From Spironucleus salmonicida (Eukaryota), in the NCBI RefSeq assembly GCF_000497125.1, contig NC_090601.1, forward strand, positions 1,426,001 to 1,490,000: a stretch of 64,000 nt of DNA, written 5' to 3'. The translations under genes and the position numbers were made by a program. This document shows positions 1 to 12,830 of the stretch, in pieces. Within the stretch, counting starts at the first letter, position 1, and every line of letters begins with the position of its first letter. Under the pieces are notes generated by a model. The model did no database searches, was not told where the DNA came from, and worked only from the letters and a program-made list of their open reading frames with translations.

Positions 1-1
1 T

Positions 2-643
2 GATGTTGCTCGTAAAATTCCGTTAAACTAAGGAATTTCCTTATCAGGGAGGCCAAAAAGTGATTAATCTGTTGGAGGGCCAGCACCTAATTCATATAAT
101 GTACAAAATATGAATAAATCTCCATCTTTTACATTAAGTTCTAGATTTGATGTAGCATAAAGATAGAATTCGCCTGGTCCTTCATCTTATTCACCTTAAA
201 GAGTTGGGTCATCGCCGCAGTATTCATTATCTGGAAGATTTGATGTTAATATGAGAAGTAGGTCACCAGGCCCATAATAATATTCTCCGTAAAGAGTAGG
301 ATCATCTCCTCAGTATTCAATATCAGGTCGAACTGGTGTAAATAATTTTAATGGCAATCCTGGACCTGGTGCTTATGATGTTTCCAGAAAGGCTTAACAT
401 GGGCAAACACTATCTAGTAGGCATGATTTATCATAAAAAAATTTAAATCCAGGTCCTGGTGAATATAATATTGATAATATGAGAAGGTCTCCTAGCTTTA
501 CGTTTAAAGGAAGACACAATATGGATCATTTGAATTAAAATCCTGGTCCAGGGGCTTATAATCCTCATAATCCCTAGGAAAATACATAAGGTTTAAGTCT
601 AAGCAGTCGTACTAAAATATGTAAATTTACAACTGATAAGTGA
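2..643 (+). CDS. SHIPPO/ODF3-like PGP-repeat axonemal protein (5' partial)
   Basis: With TAR=Gln the frame is open from the window start. It has repeated (S/N)PGPG(A/E)Y units separated by SPxF/YS(L/I)SGR spacers and ends AAG TGA. Confidence 0.85.
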
Positions 644-661
644 ATTAATAAATACTCACAT

Positions 662-934
662 TCAGTAGCTCAACTCGCAAGTTAAATCTTCAATTTCAAT
701 ATAAAAATCCACAATTTAATTAAAATAAGTAACACATGATACCTCTGCATCATCAAATAATTATTAACATTATGAATTACAACTTTAGATTTTCTCTAAA
801 TCTATAAACAATGCATTCGTTTGAACTAATGAAGAAGACATACTTTACAAGGTGATAGCTGACTAATTATGCTCATCTGACCTATTTAGAGAAGATTTAT
901 ATCTTTGCTAGTATTAGGATAGAGTGTTACCCAT
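662..934 (-). CDS. Small acidic protein with N-myristoylation motif (90 aa)
   Basis: MGNTLSQY...IVDFYIEIEDLTCELSY-TGA under table 6; start matches MGxxxS. Confidence 0.6.
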
Positions 935-1253
935 TTTTTAATATAAAATTAACTTAGTTTAATGAAATAAGTATTAATTTTATTTTTAAAATATGTAAAA
1001 AATTATTGAGTCGCTATATATTGCGATATGCATACGATGATACTTTACAAATTACTCATAACATATATTAAAAATGAAAGATAAATCTGTTTTATCATTG
1101 ATTATAACCATTTGTATAAAATTAACAGTTATCACCAAATTTTAAATTCATACTAATTGAGTTTATTTATATTTTTAAGGTATAATAGATTTAGTGATTT
1201 ACTATCAGCACATACTATTATTATTTAAGTAATAATATTATTATTCCGCAAAA

Positions 1254-1736
1254 ATGTCATCCTAAATAACACTGCGAGATAAGTATTTTTCGCCTCTAAG
1301 AAAAAGACTAGAGAAGAGCAGACCATCTCCAGGACCAGCAGCATATGATATTTCTTCAAAATCAGATATACGATAGGTCCAAAGATCTGATAGAAATATA
1401 TAAATACACTTAAAAACAACAGAAACTCCAGCTCCGTTTATATCTCACTCTCCACCATCTTCCAGGCCAGCAAATATCACAAAAACAGAGCGATGGTCTC
1501 CAACAAAGTACGATAATGGACCTGGTCCAAATTAATATAAAATATAAACTTAGTTTCTCTCTACAGAAAAGCGTGCAAGAAGTCCAGAGTTCAATGGGTC
1601 GGAGAGATTCTAAAATATGAGACGGGAAAAACGACCTGAGTACTATAATAAAAACTACTCATAGGTACTTCCAAGTATCAGGGGTGTTAAACTTACAAAC
1701 GCAAACAGGGCTACTGACTCGTGGATCGGATGGTGA
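1254..1736 (+). CDS. Divergent SHIPPO/PGP-repeat protein (160 aa)
   Basis: Contains SPGPAAYD and GPGPNQYK motifs; open under table 6. Confidence 0.7.
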
Positions 1737-1739
1737 TTT

Positions 1740-2126
1740 TCAATATATTTTCCCATTTATTTTAAATTCTAATTTTGGCGACAACCTAACTTTTTTTTCT
1801 TTAGACTCAACTTCTTTTGCTCCTTAATATTTCGTTAAGCGTTACATCGAGCGGCTTACAATTTCCACCTCTTGTGATGAAAGTGGAGGAAGTCTTTCCA
1901 TACCCACTAGTGTTTTGCTATCAATTTTTCCAAAGGCAGCAGAGCGGTGCATTTTTTAACTAAATTCTTACTTTTATGTGAAAATGCTTTCTAAACCTGG
2001 CATCACTAGTTATGGGTAACAGGATAAAAGAGATTAATCATGAAGTTAAAATTTTTACTTGCCAAATTAAGATAGGTATTTCTTGTCCTAGTTAAACGCA
2101 AATTTCATAATAGAAGAAGCACTCAT
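1740..2126 (-). CDS. Hypothetical protein (~128 aa)
   Basis: MSASSIMKFAFNQ...KIY-TGA; an alternative in-frame ATG lies at 2138. Confidence 0.5.
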
Positions 2127-2261
2127 TATATTAGACATAAATAGGTAATAAGATAATAATTATATTAGTTTTTGATACAATTAAAAATATATATAATACA
2201 TACATCTAATATATCATAATATAAGAAATGGAAATTGTAAAAGAAACTCACATAATATTTT

Positions 2262-2558
2262 TCATAAGACATCGTCTTCAGTAGTACTGCTACAATCATA
2301 AACAAAATAACTACTATGGTTAATCTCAACATTTTGATCTAAACTATAGTCTTAGGTTATGAATGTATCATCAGAAGTTTCCGTAAATGACTATTTTGTA
2401 GGAATAATCTCAATCGAAATTAAATCTACATAGTCAGTAACTTCTTAATCTAACATTGATGAACATATTTCTGTACTTAGATTAATAAAATAGTTCTAAT
2501 TCATATGTTACATAGGTGAATGTTAATTAATACATTCTTTAGTTTGTGAAGCTCCCAT
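2262..2558 (-). CDS. Small acidic protein with N-myristoylation motif (98 aa)
   Basis: MGASQTKEC...; visibly paralogous to 29127-29414. Confidence 0.65.
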
Positions 2559-3098
2559 TTTATTGGTTAAAGAATGTTATATATACTCAGAATATACTCT
2601 ATAATAATATACTAGAGTAATAAAAATATTGCTGTTTTTAAACTTTTACATAGTATACTAAACCCAAAAAATAGTAATAGTTACTAATTGTAAAAATAAA
2701 TTTTTATAAGTATTAGTTTATATTATTTATATTTATAGTTTAGTCTTTATAAATAACTATTATATAATTATTAATAAATTATTTTATTATTTTTACTTAA
2801 TAGAACTTATCTATTATCAATATATCTATCAATTGTATTATATTTTACTCGTAAATAATATTTATCAACACATCAGTTATGTTATCAAGTGACTATAGTG
2901 TTACAAACAATTTTTACTTACCTTATTCTATAATATTTATAAATATAAATAGTATTCATATCTAATTTTTATATTAAAAATTAAGAAGATACACAATTGT
3001 AATTATTGAAAGTTTGTTTCTCATATAGATGTTTAAAGCATGCTATATTATTTTATATCCATGTAGATTAATATAAAATTAGATCATATTCAATAAGA

Positions 3099-3506
3099 TC
3101 ACTTAAATTGAGCATAAATTTTCTTCAATTCGCCTCTAATTAATTCTTTCTTTTCCTATCCTTCTTTATCTATTTCATAATAATAACCTGGCATATACGT
3201 TTAAATATGGTTTAATTCTTAGTCATCTTAACGTGATTGTGGTGGACCAAGGTTTTGAATTGATGTTAAAATGACATCATCAGTTATAACATCAGATTTT
3301 AATGGTTATTATAGCCCATTAATATCTTATACATATTTTCTAAGTTCTGATAAAGCAGGAGCTGAAACGTCATAATCCTTATTCTATGATAAAAACTCAT
3401 CTACGCAGCTATAAGGTAAAGGTATTGCCTCAATATACGAGGTTGAGTCTGGAGATGCAGCAAATGACTCTGGAAGTACTGGATAAGGTTAATTTCTGTA
3501 TGCCAT
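3099..3506 (-). CDS. Hypothetical protein (135 aa)
   Basis: MAYRNQPYPVLPESF...AQFK; ends AAG TGA. Confidence 0.6.
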
Positions 3507-3551
3507 TGTGAAAAGGAAATATAAGTATTATATAATATAATAGTTATAAAA

Positions 3552-4160
3552 TCATTTCATATTTTTAGAATCGTCAAAACTATAAATAGGATTCAAATAC
3601 CCAGCAAACTATTATGAATAGTTATCTAATAAATTTGCCAGGCCTTTATTTTTATCTTCATCGTCTACAATTATTGGCTTCCCCCAATCGATAGACTAAT
3701 TAACATTATGAGTTTCAATTTTTGGATGTTATTGAATTAGTAAAGGTTACACCGGTTATTAGGTTGGGATATTAATCTATGGAACAAACATAGATATTGG
3801 AGATAAAGATTATTACTGAACTAAATATGGTGATTATTAAAACATCTGGCCCATTGGTTATTTCTTCGAGATTTTTGCCCTAATCTCAGCCAATTCTTTC
3901 TCTAACCTATACTCGATCTACTGCAAATCTTCCATAGTTGGCTCCTTGATTTAAGACTTATCTCTTTTCAATCCTAGCTGGTTTATAACACCCTAAATTT
4001 CAGGAGGGCGTTTGTAGAACTTATTCTTAATTGAAATAGAATTAAGATGTGGTAAAAATTCTTAAGATATCTTTACCCAATTATACTTATACTTGCGAAT
4101 ACCTAGACCCAATAAATGTAATTCTTATTCAGTCCAAACATGATGTGAGGTTTAAGGCAT
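3552..4160 (-). CDS. Myb-like DNA-binding protein (single repeat)
   Basis: HVWTEQELHLLGLGIRKYKYNWVKISQEFLPHLNSISIKNKFY, followed by a Q/P-rich tail. Confidence 0.85.
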
Positions 4161-4429
4161 TTTTATGATTCCTTTTGAATTTATTTAGTTTATAATATAT
4201 ATTTAATAAATTATAGAAATTTTTTTAATTTATCCAATCTTATAGAATTATTAATAAAAATAAAAATATTTCTTAGATTCTACTTCACTTTTAAGATATA
4301 ATTGTTAATGCTCCATAGTTTCAGAAAATCCTTTTTTATATTTATAATATAGTGTGATTTTTTGAATATACAAATTTCTAAATTAAGTATTCTATTACAA
4401 TTATTATATTAATATAATGAAATATCAAA

Positions 4430-5185
4430 ATGTCAGATTATACAGTGTCCTCGATCCTGTCAAGGCACTACTCAGACTCTATCTAACGCGAGATTTACAA
4501 CTCAGCAAAGACACAACTAGGCTCCCAGCAGATTGAGCTAGCCGTGATGGCCGAAAAATTTACCAAAATTTAGGCCGAAAACGACGTTTTGCGCCAGAAG
4601 ATAGACTTTTTCGAACAGCAGTACACCTGTCAGAATCAGGCGCTATAGCAGGCACTATCAACCCTGAATGTGCAAAAAATGGATCATTTTGCCGAGAAAA
4701 CATCCCTCTAAGACGCATTTGAGGCTGCTCAATCCGAGGCGAAGCAGACGTAAATGAAGCTGTCGCACGCCGAAAAACGTGTCAAGCAGCTTGAAATCGA
4801 CCTCATACGGACCGAGGCAGAGACGATCAAGCGCCTAGACGCAGACTTCAAGCACCAAACGGAGGACGTGAAGCACCAAAACGTCAAGCTGCAGGCCGAA
4901 CTTGCAGTGCTGCACAGCACGCTCAAATCTGCTGGGTCAGCCGCTCCCAAAGCTAGCGCCAAGTTTGCATCGCTCGACGAGTTCGAGGCCGCTAATTTCG
5001 ACACCTTGCGAACCCGCTACCTGAATGGAGACACGCGAGACCGTGTCGCCGGCTTCGACATCCTAGCTGCGCGTAAAAGCGACGAAGGGGAGCTCACCGC
5101 GAACCAGCTGCGGAGGCGCGCCGAGGAGCTGAACAGCAGTACATGGCGGGAGAAAACAAAGCTGGAATGGGCACTTGAGGAGTGA
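4430..5185 (+). CDS. Coiled-coil hypothetical protein (251 aa)
   Basis: Extends the listed 4754 ORF through in-frame TAA/TAG; GC-rich codons; ends GAG TGA. Confidence 0.7.
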
Positions 5186-5194
5186 AGGTAACTG

Positions 5195-5821
5195 TCACTT
5201 GAAAATCTCGCGCAGAATGCTCTCTCTGAAGCTTTGTGCCTCCAGCGCTGGCGTGCCCTTGTAACTCACGAAGGGCCAGCCGCGTCTGAGGCTCTTGTCG
5301 TCCATGCCGTATCCTACGAGCCACAGGTTCGGGATCTGCTAGATTCCGTAAAAATCAGCAGCTTTGTACTGTTTTGACATCAAAACACACACTTTTGCAG
5401 ATGGAATGAACGTGTGCACGGCCTTAATCGAGTAGCCGGTGTCGATCAGCTCGTCCATAAACAAAACGTGTTCTTTGTCCTGGAATTTTGTAAGAAACTC
5501 AGAGGAAAAATCGATTGGCGTCTGGTTTTAGTTGTGATAAGACGTTACCTTCAAAAAATGTAGAGTGTAATCAAACGTAAGGTACTTTGAAACGTCTGAC
5601 ATGAACTATATGCAGCCTGTTAAAAGGCCTATAATATAAAGAGGGTTTTCGCGCGTCGTTAATGGGCCATAATAGTCATTAAGTTTGCCAGCTACTATTC
5701 TATTTAAAGCGTCAATTTCCTTTTCAGTTATTAAAATGTTAATATCATCCTCAGCATGGTATTTTTCACGAATATCCTTCTCTAATTCGTGCATAGGAGT
5801 ATTTGTGATGTAGCAGGACAT
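5195..5821 (-). CDS. GPRT: Guanine/hypoxanthine phosphoribosyltransferase (Giardia GPRTase type)
   Basis: LLTGC, YTLHFLKVTSY, PRPP loop LFMDELIDTGYSI, WLVGYGMDDKSLRRGW. Confidence 0.9.
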
Positions 5822-5883
5822 ATAAGGAATGGAAAATGAGATAAATATTACAATAATTAATATAAATTATGATTCAATACATC

Positions 5884-7404
5884 TCACTCAGCAAAAAGAT
5901 CATCTTCTTTGTTTAATAATTATATGATGGCTGCACTAGCTGGAGCTAAGTTTTAAACAAATTCATCATCCTATCTATTGATAATGTATTTTTAAATAGT
6001 ATCTTCCTATAATTGCTTGTTCTTGATCATATTAAGTAACTTACCAATCATCTAGTCAACAACACCTTCTATGGCACTTAAATGAAGAATTACATTCTCA
6101 GAGTTAATAAAGGTAGATGTGTTAAGTTCTGAGACACCTACAATTTAATCACACTTAGCAATTTTAAATACTTGCTCAACCAATTCATACACACTAGACA
6201 TAGAATGAGTAAGTTTCTCATATTTCTATTCGAATATAGTTCCTGATTATTTAACTTATTATAATTAAATTTCTAAAGCAGAAATTTCAGTTTTAAGGCC
6301 AGAGTCAGCTTCTAATTTTTTCTTTTTAGCTTATTTCAAGTCTTCTCTAAGCTTAAATAACTCTTCTTCCTTTTATTCTACCTCTGATCTTAAATCATTT
6401 GCATAATTAAATAAGGAGAAATTCTTCTCCTCATTTTCAAGGAATCTATTTATAATTTATATTACGATTCCTTCAGAAAGCTAAGTTTCCGCTGTTACAT
6501 CACGCAATTCAGAAATATCGTTATAGCAACCGCATTCAATGATTTATCTGAAAGCTTTTTCATAATCAGCCTCAGTATAAGTATCTCCGTCATTTTTATT
6601 GCTTTCTTCAGGAGCCACAGTTCTTAAACCGTTTAAATCAGATAATTGGTGTTTTTATTATTCGGCTTATTATTATTAAACTGCTCTTCTCTTGGCATCT
6701 TTTTCGATAATTTTATTAAGCTCGTTCCAATCGTCTCTGAATTTACTCTCTTCTTTTTTAGCCTACTCTTCTAATTATTAAATCTCGTCTTATAACTATT
6801 CTCTGAGCTAGAATTATTATCTAGCTAAGTCCATTAATTCTGCCATCTTAGATTGCTTTTCTTCCTGTTCGCAAATCAAAGAGGAGTGTGTCTTTTCAAA
6901 TTATAAATGCTCAGTTCTTAAGTGTTAAATAAGTGTGCGGAGATCTCCATTCTACGCTAAAATATCGTTATATTTGGTGGATGTAAGCTCGAGGGCGTTT
7001 TCTAGGAGAGAAATTTTATGCTCGACTGCTTGAGCAGTAGGACGAGCTCTTTCTGCTTCAGCACGTGCCTTCCTAAGCTGTTAAATACTAGTTTCTGCGT
7101 CTTTAATTTTTTTATCAAGTTGAACAATTTAATCCTTCTCTTGTGTTATTTTCGACTCTAATTCTGATTTTTTATCTAATAGTAACTTAGCTGACTTTTC
7201 CTAATCTCTAGCAGCAGCCCCTGCAGCTGTGTGAGTTTAATCGGCAATTCTTTCACGGAGTGCGTCATTCTCACGGCTAAGACGATCAATAATACCAGCT
7301 TAACGACGAAGTTCAGATTTTGAAGCTTCTACTAACTATTTTTTCTTATTTTCTTCAAGTCTATAGCGACGTTATAAGTCTTGGAGGGATTATTGCTGAG
7401 ACAT
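5884..7404 (-). CDS. ODAD1: Outer dynein arm docking complex subunit (ODA-DC2/CCDC114-63 family)
   Basis: N-terminal LQDLQRRYRLEE...ELRRQAGIIDRLSREN coiled coil and RFLENEEKNFSLFNYAN motif. Confidence 0.8.
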
Positions 7405-7715
7405 TTTTAAAGTGTGGAAATGCGGAAAAATTTGGGACGATAATATATTATTATATCATAATTAGCCTATCAATAATTATTAAAATTATATATATTTTTA
7501 TATATAAAAGTATACAATTATTAAATTTAACATATTATAAATGATTGACTATAACTCAGCATATATTTTATGAAAATACTAATATTTAAATAAAGTTATT
7601 AAATGTTTATCACAAAATGTGGTTTATACGAATATATAAATAAATGCACAATTAGTAATATTATATATAACTAATCAAGTATTTGGATCATACCTTTCAT
7701 CACCATTCCTTTCAA

Positions 7716-8219
7716 ATGCAGATCCCTTATAAGACTAATGGCGATATGATGAAAACACCCACTGATGTTATTAAGACTACTCAAATTATTCTTGAAATGA
7801 CCACTGTTAAGGTTGATATTCTCAAGGCTCTTGGTAACAAGATCACTGCTGTACTTACCACTGAGGCTAATGTTGCTGCTGTTAAGGCTGCTACATCTGT
7901 ACCAGTATATACTGCTGCTACTCTTCCTTTTGCCGTTATAGACCGTAACCAGTTTGTTCGTGAATAAGCACCTGCTGAAACCAAGAAGGCTATCAAGGCT
8001 TAAACTAAGGCTTTTGTCGTTAAGGGTGAAGTTTTCCAAACTTTAACTTTCAAGAATGCTCCTACTCGTGCTGATGTTGGTGATATGTTCAACCTCCTTG
8101 TAGACGGTGCCTCTGGTGTTATCCTCGAGCAAGCTATCGTTGATGGTCCCGACTGCTTCTTCTGCGTTGAGCAAGTTAGAGAAGTCGCATCTGTTTTTGA
8201 AAATGAACGTATGAAGTGA
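7716..8219 (+). CDS. Miniature pyruvate-kinase-like protein (167 aa, probably non-catalytic)
   Basis: APTRADVGDMFNLLVDGASGVIL matches the PK PTRAE-x-DV-NAVLDG-D-VML signature; strong GCT/AAG/ACT codon bias. Confidence 0.7.
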
Positions 8220-8240
8220 TCATGAATCTATTTTAAATTA

Positions 8241-8945
8241 TCACTTCCCGATTTTTTAATTTAAATCATATATATAACCAACTTATCCGTCAAGCATATT
8301 GTTAAATAACATGGAAGGTATAGAACCGCAAGGGTCGACATGATAAAATGCAGTAACCTTAACACCACCTTCAACCTCTTCATAAATATTCAAACTGAAA
8401 ATCTAAGCTCTAACAACTTTATCGGCAAATTTATCATTAATTTCAACAGATTTTGATGCAACTGCATACTTTTTCTTATCCCCTTCCGAAAAATCTTTTG
8501 TCTGCCTCATAAATAAGAATTCACGTCTAGTAACTAAAGCTGAAGGTGCGTCAAGTACCTAATAGCAGATATTTTAGGATCCATCAATCATTTCACCTTT
8601 AATCATTTTTTAATGATTAAGCTTTTCATCATCATTCAAGAAATAAAGATATCTACATGTTTTACCACTACGTTAATCCTTTGGCATATCAGGTGTTATT
8701 TCATTATAATCATGATCATATGAAAGACATTCTGAAATTTTTGTCTTAACAAGTGCTTGACCCTTAATAGCTTGCATTTTAGATCCAGGAACTGTAGCAT
8801 ACGAAGCATCTATAATATCTTTAATCTTTTTTTCATTTGAAAATTAAAGAGAAGTCATTAGATCAATTGCTTGTTAACATATATTTTATGTTTCCTAGCT
8901 AGCCTTTTCGAATGACGATTAGTTAAGAGTCTATAACTTCTACAT
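8241..8945 (-). CDS. START-domain lipid-binding protein
   Basis: LVTRREFL...VTAFYHVDPCGSIPSMLFNNML; paralogue of 51497-52168. Confidence 0.8.
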
Positions 8946-9078
8946 GATTGTATGAAAGGAAAGATGAATAATCCCTAAAACATACCAATCTAAAATTTAA
9001 TATTATAAATAATCGAAATATGAAATATACCATATAATTTCTGTCATATAATACTACAATTATTTACTCTTTCCTTTT

Positions 9079-9084
9079 CCACTT
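9079..9084 (+). promoter_or_regulatory. CCACT(T/C) core-promoter motif (example copy, upstream of TMA7)
   Basis: The same motif lies a few to ~20 nt upstream of at least 10 ATGs in the window, after AT-rich tracts. Confidence 0.6.
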
Positions 9085-9092
9085 TAAAGCAA

Positions 9093-9251
9093 ATGGCACT
9101 CATGGGAAAGCAAGGAGGTAAAGCTCCTTAAAACAAGGCACCTAAAAAGGAGGCTAAGGTTATGGACGAAGAAGATATTGCGTTCCAGAAGAAAAAATTG
9201 GAAGAGCAAAAAGCTATGAAGGCCATGGCATAAAAACTTACTAAAAAGTGA
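9093..9251 (+). CDS. TMA7: Translation machinery-associated protein 7
   Basis: GKQGGKAPQNKAPKKEAKVMDEEDIAFQKKKLEEQKAMKAMA. Confidence 0.9.
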
Positions 9252-9267
9252 TTTAAATATATTTACA

Positions 9268-9822
9268 TCACACGTCTAATAATTCAGTCCATATTTTTAA
9301 AGCCTATTCCTCAGCTAGCTATGCCACCAAGCAATATTCTTTCATATTCTCCACTAATTATTTAGGAAGCATTTCTAAAAATTTCTTAGACCTATACTCA
9401 AAATATAACTTTTAACTATCCTCAACTTTCTTGATAGCATATATTCTAATAGCTGAAAGATCCTCTTCATCTGCAAATGATATAAATAGAGAACCATCCT
9501 TATTCATAGCGTGAGTTACAGAATAGCCGCTTGCCTAAAATGCACTAGTTGCCTTAATTTTGTTAAAACTAGGAGGCATTGGAGTTATCTTCAGTATATG
9601 GTTAGACAGTAAAGGCTTTTCAAAACTTTTCATCTTGTCATCTTGCAAGTATTTACACTCAGACAAAGCGGTCTAAAGATCACCTGCAGACTGCTAACTG
9701 AATGTAGACAATTTCTTTAGATCTTATATTTTAAAAGACTTAGAATATGCCTAATATTTAGGTATATAGGTCTAGGAAAAAGGCGAGAAAATGATATTCA
9801 CCACTTGCTAAAGCTTGTCCAT
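9268..9822 (-). CDS. Hypothetical protein (184 aa)
   Basis: Open under table 6; CCACTCC motif upstream of the ATG. Confidence 0.6.
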
Positions 9823-9866
9823 TTGAGGAGTGGAAAAAATATTACTATGATTATTATATATAGTTA

Positions 9867-10502
9867 TCACTAAATTAGCTACAAATAGTCATCTATGCAG
9901 AAATCTGCTAAATCGCGTCCCTTTTAACCAATGCACACCACCACTGCCCCAGAGGCTTTAGCCGCCTGGACTCCGACGATCGAATCCTCAAACACGACGC
10001 ATTTCGTTATATCAACATTAAGCTGCTTGGCAGCCTCTAAAAACACGTCTGGGGACGGTTTTCCCTTTCCGACGTCGTCGCAGGAAACGAAAATTTCAGG
10101 CGCCAAATGAGAAATTTCGTGCGTCTTGAAAATGTGAGAATTGAGTTCTGTGGGATTGGCGCTCGCAATCGCGTATTTGCTCCCGCGGACCTGAAGCTTT
10201 TGCATGTACTCTTTAGCGCCTGGAACTAATTTCGACTTTGCGGCAAAGGATTTGTAGACTTCGAAATAGCGGTTTTTGAGGGTAATCGCGTCGGTTTTCG
10301 GTTTATAATAGCTGACGATTTCCTCGCAAATGTGCATGAAAATGTTGCCTTGGATCAGCGGCAAGTAGTGGTCCATGTCGAAATTAAGGCCAAACTCTGC
10401 TTTTATTACATTGTCAGTGTCGAGCCAAATTTAATTTGTGTCCACGAGAGTGCCGTCGAAGTCAAAAATAATCGCTTCGGCTTGATTTATTATTTGCTCC
10501 AT
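9867..10502 (-). CDS. HAD-superfamily hydrolase (beta-phosphoglucomutase/CbbY-like)
   Basis: IFDFDGTLVDT, GKPSPDVF, VFEDSIVGVQAAKASG. Confidence 0.92.
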
Positions 10503-10949
10503 TTAGTTTTTTCAAAATAAGTTATATTAAGATATAATAAGTATAGTAAAAATAAAAACAATTATATATTATTTTATCGCTAAATAGGGCAAAAATAGTT
10601 TTATCGAAGATAGTTTCTATTTTATGTTAAATATGTTGATATATATATAATTGATAATTTCATAAATATATATTCAATAACAATAATTCTACAAAATTTT
10701 ATCAAGAAAGTATTTGTTATTATATTTATATATATAAATATTATTTCGAAAAAATAAAACATAACTGGGAATGATGATGCGTAATATTTAACATTAATAG
10801 TTGTGAATTTTACGTTTATGAACCAAATTTTATATAGAGCTATATATTTAGAAAATATAGTACTCCTATACTTAACCATTGTAAATCACAAATCACAAAT
10901 GAATAATATATAATTTGATTTATATTTGATTTTGATTTTTTCTTCTAAA

Positions 10950-12011
10950 ATGCAGAGGGTCAAGGAAATAACAGTACCTTTTGTTCAAGCTTCCAACCCC
11001 AAAGATATTGACTTTGCGTCCTTAGGATTCTAGTATACTCAAACTAGATCCTTTGTTATGTATAGTTATGCTAATGGTTGCTGGGACAAAGGTGTTTTGG
11101 TTGAAAATCCTAATATTCCTACTCATATTGCCACTTAAGCCTTTCACTATGGTTAAGCTGTATTTGAAGGTCTTAAAGCTTTCCGTATGGAATCTGGCTA
11201 AATATCATGTTTCCGTCCTTAAGAGAATGCTAAGCGTTTGATTCAATCTTGTGACAGATTAGTTATGCAATCTCCTACTGTCGAGATGTTCATGGAAGGT
11301 GTTGATACTTTAATCAAAGACAATATTGATTATGTTCCTTCTGCCCCTGGTTCTTTATATATCAGACCTTTCGTGTTTGGTTCTTCAGCATAGCTCGGTG
11401 TTGCCCCTTCAAAAGAATATAAATTCATCTTATTCTGTGCCCCCGTTGGTGCTTACTATAAAGGTGGTTTAACAGGTGTTTCTACCCGTGTAGTTACTGA
11501 TTTTGATCGTGCTGCTACTCGTGGTACTGGTATGTGCAAATGCGCTGGAAACTACGCTGCTAGCCTCCTTCCTCATATGTAATCCCTTAAGGTTGGTTAT
11601 CCCGTAGAACTTTATCTTGATGCTAAAACTAATTCTTTAGTTGAAGAATTTGCTACATCTAACTTCTTTGGTATTAAGAAATAAGGCGATAAGATTATTT
11701 ATTGCACTCCTTAATCTCAGTCTGTATTGCAGTCTATTACCAACTTAACTTTGCGTGAAATTGCTGAGAAAATGTTAGGATGGACTATTTCTCGTGAAGA
11801 TATCTATATAAACTAGGTTGATTAATTCGAAGAGGTTGGAGCTTGTGGTACCGCGGTTGTTTGTGTCCCCATTAAAGAAATCGTTTATTAAGATAAAGTT
11901 TTCACATTCAAGGTTGTTGGTGAGCACACCCAAAAACTTTATGACATGATGACTGGTATTTAAAGCGGTAAAGTTGAAGATAAATTTGCATGGAACCATA
12001 TTATTCAGTGA
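10950..12011 (+). CDS. ilvE: Branched-chain amino acid aminotransferase
   Basis: [40 protein letters not shown]; the conserved HYGQ Gln is encoded by TAA. Confidence 0.95.
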
Positions 12012-12053
12012 AATTTTATTAATTTTATTATATATTATATAATTACTGTTAAA

Positions 12054-12830
12054 ATGGAATATGTATATCATCCAAAAAATTCGTAGCTTCTCTCACGTTT
12101 AGGAGCAGGATCTCATGCAACAGTCTATAAGATGAAATTTAATGATGAAATGGTAGCGTATAAACTATTTTCTAAGTAAACTCCTGAAATTCTTAAAAAC
12201 GCGTAAAAAGAAGCCAAGTTTCTATCGTACATGACAAAGTTCCCTATAATGAAAAATTTTACTCCAAATTTCATTCAATTCTCAGAAAAGCCCCTTTATA
12301 TCATTATGGAATACATAGAAGGAAATACTCTCAATATGAATAAACTAACAGACAACGAGTTTAATCTGCTTGAGTAAACATTTCATCAATTTATTTCATA
12401 ACTACATACCAAATTTACACTGAGCATCCGTGATATTTCACCTTATAACATAATTCACAGTGATGACCGTTTCATTTTTATTGATTTTGAATAATTAACT
12501 GAGCTTAAAAAACCTTATTTAACTAATTATGGAACCCCAAAATATGCTGCACCTACAGAAATCTGCGATGAAAAAGATGACTTTCTAAGTGCTGCGATTA
12601 TATTAAGCCTTCGATTTGGTGAAGTTCCATGGGGAAATCTTCGTAAGCTAGAGCACATAAACTAAATAAAGAAACAGTGTATTTTGGACTGTAAAAAGTA
12701 CTTTAGCTTTCTAACTGGTAGACCAAGATAATGGATGTTCGGATTTAGTGGTGTTTTAGACGAAGAGTAGATGGAAAAATGCGCATACATCGATTATCGC
12801 ACCGAATTCTCGCATCTTGAAGGACTTTGA
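12054..12830 (+). CDS. Divergent Ser/Thr protein kinase
   Basis: LGAGSHATVY, VAYK, IIMEYIEG, IRDISPYN, IDFE, GTPKYAAP. Confidence 0.85.

Noticed and set aside
1-643. CRISPR-like periodic repeats (CCAGGTCCTGG-type units)
   Set aside because: They are codon-degenerate PGPG protein repeats, not identical DNA repeats with spacers.
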